From: Candidatus Azambacteria bacterium RIFCSPLOWO2_01_FULL_46_26 | Lineage (GTDB): Bacteria > Patescibacteriota > Minisyncoccia > UBA9936 | DNA: 38,352 bases | Direction: 5' to 3' | Assembly (NCBI GenBank): GCA_001774105.1 | Contig: MEYT01000036.1 | Span: 1 to 38,352 of the forward strand | Shown here: in pieces, positions 24,491 to 33,371 of the stretch | How the letters are laid out: every line of letters begins with the position of its first letter | How positions within the stretch are numbered: position 1 is the stretch's first letter | Translations under genes and position numbers: made by a program | Notes under the pieces: model-generated | The model's input: only the letters and a program-made list of their open reading frames with translations | The model's database searches: none | What the model was told of the DNA's origin: nothing

Positions 24491-27043
24491 CTATCCGACA
24501 ATATTAATCAATTTTCCGGGAACAAAAATAATTTTCTTGGCTTCTTTTTCCGCAAGCCATGTCTTAACCTTTTCTCGCCCAAGCGCGAGCCGCGCCGCCT
24601 CTTCCCGAGAAATGCCGGCTGGCGCTTCAAACAGGTCGCGCACTTTGCCGTTGATTTGAACAATCAGAGTAAAAGTTTCTTCTTTAATGAATTTTGGATT
24701 AAATTTCGGCCATTTCGCCAAGTGAACGCTTCCCTTTTCATCCCTTCGACCGCGCTCAGGGCTTGCCGATTGACTCCAAAGTTCTTCGGCTATGTGCGGA
24801 GCAAACGGGGCAAGCAATTTAATTACCAATTTCCAATTTTCAATTTCCAATGATGGTTGTTTTTCCAATTCATTCACTAAAATCATTAAAGAGCTGATCG
24901 CGGTATTATACTGCAAATTTTCAATATCTTCCGTAACTTTTTTGATGGTTTTGTGCAATGCCTTATTTAAGTCATCTTGAGGGCTTTGCCCGAAGGATCT
25001 TTTGAGATTCTTCCCCCGCCTTGGCGGGGTCAGAATGACGGAATGAGTTAATTTCCAAATTCGCTCAAGAAACCTTGTAATACCGCGAATTCCTGTGTCC
25101 CTGAAATCTCCTCCCTGCTCAAACGGCCCCAAAAACATCAAGTACATTCTCAACGTGTCCGCTCCGTAGGCGCGAATATATTCGTCCGGATTGACGACAT
25201 TGCCTTTGGATTTTGACATCTTGGCGCCGTCTTTGATTAAAAGACCATGGGCCCGAAATTTCTTGAACGGCTCTTCAAAATGGATAAAACCCAAATCACG
25301 CAGCGCCATCGCGACAAAGCGGACATATAAAAGATGAAGCACGGCATGTTCGGCGCCGCCGATGTACATATCCACGGGCAACCATTTTCGCGCCAAACGT
25401 GAAAATGCTGAATTTTCAATTTTCAATTTCCAATTTTCAGATGCCATAAGATAACCGAGATAATACCAGGAAGAATCCAAAAACGTGTCGCAGACGTCGG
25501 TTTCGCGGCGCGCCCATGATTTGCATTTTGGACAGCGGACTTTAAAAAATTTTTCCACAATTGCCAGAGGTGACTTTTCCGTTCCGGTCGGCCGGAAATC
25601 TTTAATGTGAGGAAGTTTTACCGGCAAATCCTTTTCCGGAACCGCGTGCCAGCCGGGCATATCTTTTCTTTCTCCTCTTCCCTCATGCCTGCAGGTTTCA
25701 CAAAAAATTAAAGGAATGGGCGCTCCCCAATACCTTTGTCTTGAAATCAGCCAATCGCGCAATCTGAAAGTCGTTTTTTTCTCGGCCAAATCTTTTTTCG
25801 CCAGCCATTCCGCTATCGCATTCTTGGCTTTTTGACAAAACATTCCGGTGAATTCGTTTGAGGCAACCAAGTAACCCTCTTCTTCATATGCCCTCTCAAG
25901 AACCGGGCATTTCGGCTCGGGGTAATTCGGGCAAATTACCATCTTTATGGGCAAGTTAAATTTTTTGGCGAACTCAAAGTCCCTTTGGTCATGCGCCGGA
26001 ACGGCCATAATCGCGCCGGTGCCGTATCCGGCCAAAACATAATCGGCGACAAAAATCGGAATTTCTTCTCCGGTTGCCGGATTTGTCGCTTTGATTCCCT
26101 TAATTTCAACGCCGGTTTTTTCCAGCCCTTCGGCAATCCGTTCAGCTTCTGATTTATTTTTCGCTCCCGCGATATATCTTTTGACTTCTTCCCAATTTTC
26201 AATTTGCAATTTTAAATTTTCAATTTTTGAATGTTCCGGCGCTAAAACAACGTAAGTCGCCCCAAAAAGCGTATCAGCTCGTGTGGTAAAAACCTCAATT
26301 GGAAATTGGAAATTGGGAATTGGAAATTTCACTACTGCTCCTTCCGACTTGCTTATCCAATTCCTTTGGGCGACTTTTATTTTTTCCGACCAGTCGATTT
26401 TTTCAAGATTGTTCAAAAGCCGCTCGGCGTAATCGATAATTTTGAAAAACCACTGCTCAAGCTCTTTTTTAACAACCGCCGTCCCACAGCGCTCACATTC
26501 GCCGGCGATGACCTGCTCGTCGGCAAGCACGGTTTTGCACGACGGACACCAATTGACCGCCTGTTTCTTGCGATACGCCAGTCCGCTCTTAAACATCTGG
26601 ACGAAAATCCACTGGGTCCATTTGTAATATTCCGGGTCGTACGTTTCAAGCCGCTCCTCCCACGCGAAACCGTTGCCGATCATCCGAAGCTGGCGGTAAA
26701 AATTTTTCTCGGAGATTTTCGCCTGATCCGCCGGGTGTTTTCCGATTTTTAGGGCGTAATTTTCCGAATGGATTCCGAAGCCGTCAAGGCCGATCGGCTC
26801 AAACACGTCATGCCCCTGCATTCTTTTGAAACGGCCGTAAATATCCGCGCCGACAAAAGCGTACATATTGCCGACATGCAAACCCTCGGCCGAAGGATAC
26901 GGAAACATCATTAAATTATAAAAAGGCCGTTTTAATTTTTTCTTGCCCCGAGCTTGTCGAGGGGTGAAGTTCGGCTCGTACACGCGCTTCTTTTGCCAAA
27001 TCTTCTGCCACTTCTTTTCAATTTTTTGAGGATTATACTTCAT
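24491..27043 (-). CDS. leuS: Leucine--tRNA ligase carrying several repeat-derived in-frame inserts
   Basis: MFPYPSAEGLHVGN (HIGH), FTTRADT editing motif, DWLISRQRYWG, KMSKS and VQINGKVR. Confidence 0.98.
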   Translation of the reverse strand: MKYNPQKIEKKWQKIWQKKRVYEPNFTPRQARGKKKLKRPFYNLMMFPYPSAEGLHVGNMYAFVGADIYGRFKRMQGHDVFEPIGLDGFGIHSENYALKIGKHPADQAKISEKNFYRQLRMIGNGFAWEERLETYDPEYYKWTQWIFVQMFKSGLAYRKKQAVNWCPSCKTVLADEQVIAGECERCGTAVVKKELEQWFFKIIDYAERLLNNLEKIDWSEKIKVAQRNWISKSEGAVVKFPIPNFQFPIEVFTTRADTLFGATYVVLAPEHSKIENLKLQIENWEEVKRYIAGAKNKSEAERIAEGLEKTGVEIKGIKATNPATGEEIPIFVADYVLAGYGTGAIMAVPAHDQRDFEFAKKFNLPIKMVICPNYPEPKCPVLERAYEEEGYLVASNEFTGMFCQKAKNAIAEWLAKKDLAEKKTTFRLRDWLISRQRYWGAPIPLIFCETCRHEGRGERKDMPGWHAVPEKDLPVKLPHIKDFRPTGTEKSPLAIVEKFFKVRCPKCKSWARRETDVCDTFLDSSWYYLGYLMASENWKLKIENSAFSRLARKWLPVDMYIGGAEHAVLHLLYVRFVAMALRDLGFIHFEEPFKKFRAHGLLIKDGAKMSKSKGNVVNPDEYIRAYGADTLRMYLMFLGPFEQGGDFRDTGIRGITRFLERIWKLTHSVILTPPRRGKNLKRSFGQSPQDDLNKALHKTIKKVTEDIENLQYNTAISSLMILVNELEKQPSLEIENWKLVIKLLAPFAPHIAEELWSQSASPERGRRDEKGSVHLAKWPKFNPKFIKEETFTLIVQINGKVRDLFEAPAGISREEAARLALGREKVKTWLAEKEAKKIIFVPGKLINIVG
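24742..24762. repeat. REP-like element in frame in leuS
   Basis: CCCTTCGACCGCGCTCAGGGC (SPERGRR); same family as 12096 and 26945. Confidence 0.7.
24971..25039. repeat. 69-bp composite palindromic element in frame in leuS
   Basis: GTCATCTTGA...AGGATCT-tttg-AGATTCT...TCAGAATGAC, 23 codons (VILTPPRRGKNLKRSFGQSPQDD). Confidence 0.8.
26945..26964. repeat. REP-like element in frame near the leuS N-terminus
   Basis: GCCCCGAGCTTGTCGAGGGG (PRQARG). Confidence 0.7.
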
Positions 27044-27186
27044 CTTATTTAAAATTGTATGCCAAAAAAATTAAATTGTAAACCTCCGTATTCGGGTTCA
27101 CTTGTTTTGGTATTTTGGAATGTGATATAATGTTAAAGTGAAATAAAAGAAATTTAAATAATGGCGTTGAAAGATTCTTTCTTTGA

Positions 27187-27780
27187 ATGTCGTTTAAAAA
27201 ATTTTATCAAACCATTATGAACCAAGCACTGATCAATTATATCCAAAAAGCGAAAGCGGCCGGAAGGAGCGAGGAGGAAATCAAGAACACGGCTCTCGGA
27301 ATGGGTTGGAAAGAAAATGACGTAATGGAAGCGTTTAAGGCCGCTACAGGCGAGAGCGTTCCCGTTCCGCCGCCAACCCCTGAGGCCGCGATGGCTCAAG
27401 CCGTCCCGTCAAAGGCGTTTTCCGCCAAACTCATTTTAATAATAATTGGCGCTGTCGCGCTCTTAATCATTGGCGGAGGATCGGCCTATTATTTTCTTGT
27501 CATAAAACCGGCGCAAGAAGCGGCACAACAGCCGCCGATTGAACAGCCTGCCTCGCCGGCAGGCGGGCCGCAAGTCCCGACTCCGCCGGAAGAGCAACCG
27601 ATAGCGCCGCCAGAAGAAATTCAACCGCCCGAGGCACAACCATCGGAGATTCCGCCGACCGGAACCGAGACGGCGCCGACGGAACCAACCGAACCGCAAC
27701 CGGAAGCACAGCCCCAACCGGAACTTCCGTCACCTCCGCCTCCACCGCCTCCTCCTCCCGACGCGCCGCCGTCCCCTTAA
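27187..27780 (+). CDS. Single-TM protein with small N-terminal helical domain and Pro/Glu/Gln-rich extracellular tail
   Basis: YIQKAKAAGRSEEEIK..GW domain, TM helix, poly-Pro C-terminus; start may be the ATG at 27217. Confidence 0.8.
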   Translation: MSFKKFYQTIMNQALINYIQKAKAAGRSEEEIKNTALGMGWKENDVMEAFKAATGESVPVPPPTPEAAMAQAVPSKAFSAKLILIIIGAVALLIIGGGSAYYFLVIKPAQEAAQQPPIEQPASPAGGPQVPTPPEEQPIAPPEEIQPPEAQPSEIPPTGTETAPTEPTEPQPEAQPQPELPSPPPPPPPPPDAPPSP

Positions 27781-27796
27781 GTCGGCAATGTAAAAC

Positions 27797-27825
27797 AAAA
27801 CTCGGCTGTTCTTAAGCCGAGTTTT
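27797..27825. terminator. Bidirectional terminator between convergent genes
   Basis: AAAACTCGGCT...AGCCGAGTTTT. Confidence 0.75.
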
Positions 27826-28579
27826 TTAATGAGTCAACAACTTTTACTTTTGGGGCATTTTTCAGCCACTCAATTTTTTTATTTTGCGAACAATCGGGAT
27901 TAAACCATTCGCACAATTTTTGGGCGTCTTCTTTCCAAAGCCGGATACAACCGTGGCTGGCGCGATAGCCGGGCAAAGCGCCGCCGTGCAACCAGTAAGC
28001 GATTCCGCGACTGCTTTGATAAAACATCATTGCGTAAGGCATGGGGACGGGCTTGCCGGTCGGGTCTTTATAAATCGAGGAATAATGATCGCGGTCAACG
28101 GCCAGAATTTTGAAATCGCCGGTCGGCGTTTTACAGGTTCGCCAGAATTTTCTTTTATCAAGGCACTTCGGCGCGGCCGAAGAAATCGGACCGCCAAAAA
28201 CCAAATTGCCGAATTCGTAAGCGCCGAACCATTATTCTTCCAAATCCACCAAAATGAATTTTTCTTCGTTCTTTGCTTCTTCAAAAAACGCTGGCAGAGG
28301 CGAATATCCGGCGGCTTGCTCCAAATCAACCGGCACCTTTATTTTTTGTCCCGCAAACAAATGGTCTTTGTCCAACCGGTTGAACCTGGCGATAACGCGC
28401 CATTTTTCGCCGAAAAGTTTTTCGAAAGTATCGCCCTTTTTTACCGTGTAAACCTCGCTTGCGACTTTATTCTGCGAAGGAAATCTCTCCAAATCTTTCG
28501 CCTCGGCCGGAGACAATTTGCCGACATTTAATAAAATGAGGAAAAATAAAAAGACAATTCCCTTCTTCACGACCCTCAC
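27812..28579 (-). pseudogene. LysM-domain L,D-transpeptidase (YkuD family) interrupted by one in-frame TAA
   Basis: The two track ORFs share a frame: FILVDLEE*WFGAYEFGNLVFGGPISS; LysM YTVKKGDT and catalytic LHGG...ASHGCIRL; stop at 28232-28234. Confidence 0.85.
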
Positions 28580-28622
28580 CTCCTTTTAAAAGAGCGTGTA
28601 AAAAATAATTATACCAGAAATC

Positions 28623-29489
28623 TCAAATTCCAAAAAGAGTCCGTGCGTTCAGAGTGGTTTGACGGGCGACTTCTTCAAAAGAAACCCCTTTCAATTCGGC
28701 GATCTTTTTTGCCGCTTCTTCAACGTAAAGCGGCTCGTTTCTTTTTCCCCGGTACGGAACCGGCGCGACGTAAGGCGCGTCGGTCTCAACCATTATCTTT
28801 TCAAGCGGCGCGATTTTAATCACCTCGTTCCAGTCCTTGACGAAAGTGATGACGCCGGTAAAAGAAATCAAAAAATCCAATTCAAACAATATTTCCGCCT
28901 CGTTCAACGTTCCGGCGAAAAAATGATTGACCCCTTTCAGTTTCGGCTCTTTCTTTTTGGCTTCTTTCAAAATCGCGAGCATGTCCTGATAAGCGTCTTT
29001 TTGGCCGAAAGACGAGTCCCTGCAGTGAATTATCGCCGGCTTTTTGGCTTTAGCCGCCAATTCAAGATGTTTCGCGAATATTTCTTTTTGTTTTTCTTGC
29101 GCCCGCGCCTTTTCCCCCTCGCTTAAGTCCTTAAGATGAAAATAATCAAGGCCGGTTTCGCCAACGGCAACGGCTTTCGGATTTTTCGCCAGCTCCGAAT
29201 ATTTTTCAAAATCAAACTCTTCGGCTTTCGTTTTAAATTTTACGAGTTCGTCAAGTTCCGAAGAATCGTAATGGCCTTCAAGCAAATGAATCGGATGAAG
29301 GCCGACTGCGGCATAGACCCCTTCCTCGTAATTTTGAGCCATTCTTATGGCCCGCTCGGAAGTGGAATACTGGGAGCCGACATTAATCAACCAGACGCCC
29401 GCCTTAAGCGCGCGCTCAATCACTTCTTTCCCGTCCTCTTTGAAGGCCGAAAAATTCACGTGTGTATGAGTGTCTATGAGTTTTGGCAT
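28623..29489 (-). CDS. tatD: TatD family nuclease
   Basis: IDTHTH, GLHP, GETGLDY, IIHCR, ETDAPY and RGKRNEP motifs. Confidence 0.96.
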   Translation of the reverse strand: MPKLIDTHTHVNFSAFKEDGKEVIERALKAGVWLINVGSQYSTSERAIRMAQNYEEGVYAAVGLHPIHLLEGHYDSSELDELVKFKTKAEEFDFEKYSELAKNPKAVAVGETGLDYFHLKDLSEGEKARAQEKQKEIFAKHLELAAKAKKPAIIHCRDSSFGQKDAYQDMLAILKEAKKKEPKLKGVNHFFAGTLNEAEILFELDFLISFTGVITFVKDWNEVIKIAPLEKIMVETDAPYVAPVPYRGKRNEPLYVEEAAKKIAELKGVSFEEVARQTTLNARTLFGI

Positions 29490-29492
29490 GAT

Positions 29493-30980
29493 TTATTTAG
29501 GCAATCTCGGAAATAATGACGCTTGTTTTTTAATCGCAAATTTATTGTCCCACTCGTCTTTCGCGGTTTTTTCAATACCCAATTGCTCAAAAATTTTGTC
29601 CGCGGTCTTGGGCATAAACGGCTCCAAAAGCCACGCGATATGCGCGAGGGAAGTTAAAAGGTTAAGCATCGCCTGATCGAACTCTTTCTCCTTGCCCTGT
29701 TTCAGCAACTCCCACGGTTTTTCTTTGTCAACATATTCGTCGCAAAAACCGATAAGCCGCCAGATTGTTTCAAGCGCCTCGTTAAATTTCATTTCGGCCA
29801 AGTGCTTTTCGTAGTTCTCCCAAGCCCTGTCTATTATTTCCCGAACGTCGGCTGAAATTTTTAATTCCTTTTTGGCGGTTCTTTTTTCCGCCAAAGTCAG
29901 GACGCGCGCGACAAGATTTCCCAGGCCGTTGGCAAGGTCGGCATTATACCGCTCCTCAAACTTCTCGAAAGTAAAATCGCCGTCCTCGGTCGGAGGAATT
30001 TCCCGCAGAAGATAATATCTCGCCGCGTCCGCGCCATATTTTTTAATAACCTCAAAAGGATCAATCACGTTGCCCAATGTCTTTGACATTTTTTGGCCGC
30101 CGGAAGTGATAAAGCCGTGAACGAAAAGATTTTTCGGCAAGGGAAGCCCGGCCGAAAGAAGCATCGCCAGCCAGATTAAAGCGTGAAATCTCAAAATGTC
30201 TTTGCCAATAATGTGAACATCGGCCGGCCAATATTTCTGAAAATTCTCGCCGTCCTCCGCATACCCAAGAAGAGAAATGTAGTTCACGAGGGCGTCGCTC
30301 CAAACGTATATCGTGTGAGTCGGGTCGTCGGGAACCGGAATACCCCACGAAAGGTCTTTGGAAGGCCTTGAAAAACTCACATCTTCAACTCCCTCGGCGA
30401 TGAACGAAAGAATTTCGTTTTTTCGCCCGGCCGGAACGATTTTAAATTCCTCGGTTCGGATGATTGACTCCAATTCGTTCGCGTAGCGCGAAAGCCGGAA
30501 AAAATAATTTTCTTCCTCAATTGTTTCCGGTTCTTTAAAATGAATCGGGCATTTTCCGTCTTTCAATTCCGAGGACTTCATAAACGCCTCATGCCCCACG
30601 CAGTAAAGCCCTTTGTAATTGGCCTTGTAAATATCCCCTTTGTTTACCAGTTTTCGCCACATTTTTTCAACTGCCGGCCAGTGCCTTTTTTGGTCCGTGG
30701 TGCGGACAAAATCGTTGTTGGAAATATTTAAGGCGCCGGCCAATTCTTTAAATTTGGCCGCGGTTTCATCAACGAACTCTCCAACCGGTTTTCCCGCCTT
30801 TTCCGCGGCTTCAACAATCTTCCGGCCGTGCTCATCGGTTCCGGTCAAAAAGAAAACATCGTCTCCTTTAAGCCGCTTCCAGCGAGCCAAAACATCCGCC
30901 TGCGCCAATTCCAGCGCGTATCCGATATGCGGCAGGGCGTTCACATAAGCAATTGAAGTGGTGATATAAAATTTGCCCAT
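29493..30980 (-). CDS. metG: Methionine--tRNA ligase
   Basis: FYITTSIAYVNALPHIGY, GTDEHG, YVWSDAL, GKDILRFH and KMSKT; ATG at 30980 preferred. Confidence 0.97.
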   Translation of the reverse strand: MGKFYITTSIAYVNALPHIGYALELAQADVLARWKRLKGDDVFFLTGTDEHGRKIVEAAEKAGKPVGEFVDETAAKFKELAGALNISNNDFVRTTDQKRHWPAVEKMWRKLVNKGDIYKANYKGLYCVGHEAFMKSSELKDGKCPIHFKEPETIEEENYFFRLSRYANELESIIRTEEFKIVPAGRKNEILSFIAEGVEDVSFSRPSKDLSWGIPVPDDPTHTIYVWSDALVNYISLLGYAEDGENFQKYWPADVHIIGKDILRFHALIWLAMLLSAGLPLPKNLFVHGFITSGGQKMSKTLGNVIDPFEVIKKYGADAARYYLLREIPPTEDGDFTFEKFEERYNADLANGLGNLVARVLTLAEKRTAKKELKISADVREIIDRAWENYEKHLAEMKFNEALETIWRLIGFCDEYVDKEKPWELLKQGKEKEFDQAMLNLLTSLAHIAWLLEPFMPKTADKIFEQLGIEKTAKDEWDNKFAIKKQASLFPRLPK

Positions 30981-31039
30981 TTTATAGAAATTTTTGAGCT
31001 CCACTTTGGGGCGAAAAAAATTTCGCAACAAAATGGAGC

Positions 31040-31141
31040 ACCCAGCACATAAATTTACATTTGTCGCAACTACAAACTATGATTATTTCTAGGTAGCCAT
31101 TGTTTATACCTCGCCGACTATTGTAAATTTATGTGCTGGGT
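31040..31141. repeat. 102-bp element with perfect 20-bp terminal inverted repeats (MITE-like)
   Basis: ACCCAGCACATAAATTTACA (31040-31059) and its reverse complement (31122-31141). Confidence 0.85.
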
Positions 31142-31154
31142 AAAGGTTTTGTTA

Positions 31155-31868
31155 TCAAAAATCCTGCGCCTGCGGCTTAGATTTTTGAACAAAGCCCTTT
31201 ACAACAATCACAAACTCTCCCAATATTTTATCAGTTTTCAGCGATTCAATCACTTTTTCGGGATTGCCACGATAGGTCGTTTCAAACTTTTTTGTCAGTT
31301 CGCGGCAGACGACGAGATTCGCATCCGGCGCGAAATTTTTGACTTCTTCAAACGCTTTCAAAATCCGATGAGGCGATTCGTAAAAAACAACGATTCTTTT
31401 TTTCGCTTCCTCGGCCAAATTCCGGAAAAAGGTCTGCCGTCCCTTTTTGTGTGGCGGAAATCCCAGAAACAAGAATTCATCTGCCGGAAAACCGGAAATA
31501 GAAAGTGCGGCGATAAGCGCGCAAGGCCCGGGAACGGAAACAATTTTTACTTCGTTTCCAAACCTTTCAACAACCGCCTCAACCAGCTTCCCGCCCGGGT
31601 CGGAAATTCCGGGCGTGCCCGCGTCGGACACATACGCGAGATTTTTGCCGCTTTCAAGCAGCTCAATAATTTGTTCCGTTTTTGCCGCTCCCGAATGCTG
31701 AAAATAACTTAGAGTCGGGGTCTTGATGTCGTATCGTTCCAAAAGTTTTTTCGTAACCCGCGTGTCTTCGCAAACAATCATATCAACCTCTTTCAAAATC
31801 CGCAAAACCCTCAAAGAAACATCTTCAAGATTGCCTATCGGCGTGGCGACAATATATAATGTAGTCAT
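31155..31868 (-). CDS. rsmI: 16S rRNA C1402 2'-O-methyltransferase
   Basis: LYIVATPIGNLED, CEDTR, SDAGTPGISDPG, FYESPHR and RELTKKFE. Confidence 0.97.
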   Translation of the reverse strand: MTTLYIVATPIGNLEDVSLRVLRILKEVDMIVCEDTRVTKKLLERYDIKTPTLSYFQHSGAAKTEQIIELLESGKNLAYVSDAGTPGISDPGGKLVEAVVERFGNEVKIVSVPGPCALIAALSISGFPADEFLFLGFPPHKKGRQTFFRNLAEEAKKRIVVFYESPHRILKAFEEVKNFAPDANLVVCRELTKKFETTYRGNPEKVIESLKTDKILGEFVIVVKGFVQKSKPQAQDF

Positions 31869-32318
31869 ATGATTCTCACTCCTCATGTTTTAACCGGCGC
31901 CCTAATCGGCGCGCAAACAACGAATCCCCTTGCCGCGTTTGTTTTCGGCCTCGTTTCACATTATCTGATAGACAAAATTCCCCATTGGGATTACGACATC
32001 AAAAAAATTGAAGAAAAATCCGGCGGCGGTAAAGTCATAACGCAATGGCTGAAAATCGGATTTGACCTCTCGCTTCCTTTTTTCATTATGGGATTTCTCG
32101 CGCCAAACGAACAAATTTTAAAACTTTCATTACTCGGCGCGGCTGGCGCGACATTGCCGGATTTTCTCGTGTATCTCAGTTGGCGATTTCCAATGAAAAT
32201 TTTAACCGCTCACGCCAAATTTCACGACAAAAACCACTCAAAAATAAAATTAGGCCTCTTGGCCGGCCCGGTGAGTTATCTCGCGATTATTTTCCTTTTC
32301 CTCCTTCTTTATCCTTAA
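31869..32318 (+). CDS. Membrane protein, possibly metal-dependent hydrolase (YdjM-like)
   Basis: HVLTGA, SHYLIDKIPHWD, LPD and FHDKNH motifs among TM helices. Confidence 0.75.
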   Translation: MILTPHVLTGALIGAQTTNPLAAFVFGLVSHYLIDKIPHWDYDIKKIEEKSGGGKVITQWLKIGFDLSLPFFIMGFLAPNEQILKLSLLGAAGATLPDFLVYLSWRFPMKILTAHAKFHDKNHSKIKLGLLAGPVSYLAIIFLFLLLYP

Positions 32319-32325
32319 AATCGCT

Positions 32326-33348
32326 TTAGGCCTCAATCTTCCTCTTTTCAAAATCGCTCCAAAACTCGCCAAGCATCGCGGCAACGGGAACGCTGATCAG
32401 CATCCCAAGAATTCCGCCCAAGCGGAATCCTATCAGCAGGGACAAAATTACCACCACCGGACTCAAGCCGACAATCTTGCGCATCACCTGCGGAACAATC
32501 ACATGATTCTCAAACTGCTGAATAATAACGAACAAAAGCAAAACCATCGCTCCCAAAAACAAATCCTGAACCGCCGCCAGCAGCACGGCGATTGTTCCGG
32601 AAATCAACACCCCAACAATCGGCATCAATTCGGCAATGCCGGCAATGATGGCCAAAACCAGGGCGTATTTTACGCCCAAGAGCAAAAGCCCAATATAAAC
32701 CGCCACGCCGACAACAAAGCCGAGCAAAAGCTGGCCCTGTGCCCACCGGCCGATTTTTCTTTTTGAGCGAGTCCAGAGATCCATCACATACTCTTCATAA
32801 TGAAGAGGGGTGAGCGCTCTCAAAAAATTATCAATGCCGCGCGGTTGGATTGAAAGATAAAACGAGATGACGACGGTCAGAACCAAAGAAGTAATGCCGC
32901 CGAAAACGGCTATCACCGCCTCTAAGCTGTTGGAAGCAACCAGACCCAAACTGCCTTCCAGTTGCCGCAGGAAACCTTTCAGGGTCTCTGTTAAATTTTG
33001 TTCGGTGGCCGGCTGAATCGTCCGGATAAAGGAGTTGATTTTTTCAACATAAGCCGGCATTACGGCGGAAAGTTCCCGGATCTCCATCAAAAGCACGGGG
33101 ACGATCAAATAAACAAGAAAACCGATGAAGCCGAAAGCAGTCAGATAGACTGCCAAAACCGTGAAAATTCTGGAAACGCCTTTTTTTTCAAACCATTGCG
33201 CCAGAGGGTCAATGGCCGAGGCAATGACCAGAGCCAAAAACAAAATTGCCGCGATGTCGCGCACGGCGTAAAGAAAAACAATCAATAAAAAAACGAGTAA
33301 AATTCTGAAAATCGTCGGCCAAGAAATTTCGATTGTTCTTTTTTCCAT
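32326..33348 (-). CDS. AI-2E family transporter
   Basis: GQLLL, AELMPIVG, QQFENHVIVPQVM and GMLISVP motifs. Confidence 0.93.
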   Translation of the reverse strand: MEKRTIEISWPTIFRILLVFLLIVFLYAVRDIAAILFLALVIASAIDPLAQWFEKKGVSRIFTVLAVYLTAFGFIGFLVYLIVPVLLMEIRELSAVMPAYVEKINSFIRTIQPATEQNLTETLKGFLRQLEGSLGLVASNSLEAVIAVFGGITSLVLTVVISFYLSIQPRGIDNFLRALTPLHYEEYVMDLWTRSKRKIGRWAQGQLLLGFVVGVAVYIGLLLLGVKYALVLAIIAGIAELMPIVGVLISGTIAVLLAAVQDLFLGAMVLLLFVIIQQFENHVIVPQVMRKIVGLSPVVVILSLLIGFRLGGILGMLISVPVAAMLGEFWSDFEKRKIEA

Positions 33349-33371
33349 ATACCTTAATTATATCCTTTCTT

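Noticed and set aside
28232-28234. Stop-codon reassignment (TAA or TGA read as sense)
   Set aside because: TAA, TAG and TGA all end conserved genes at expected positions elsewhere in the window; only this gene is interrupted.
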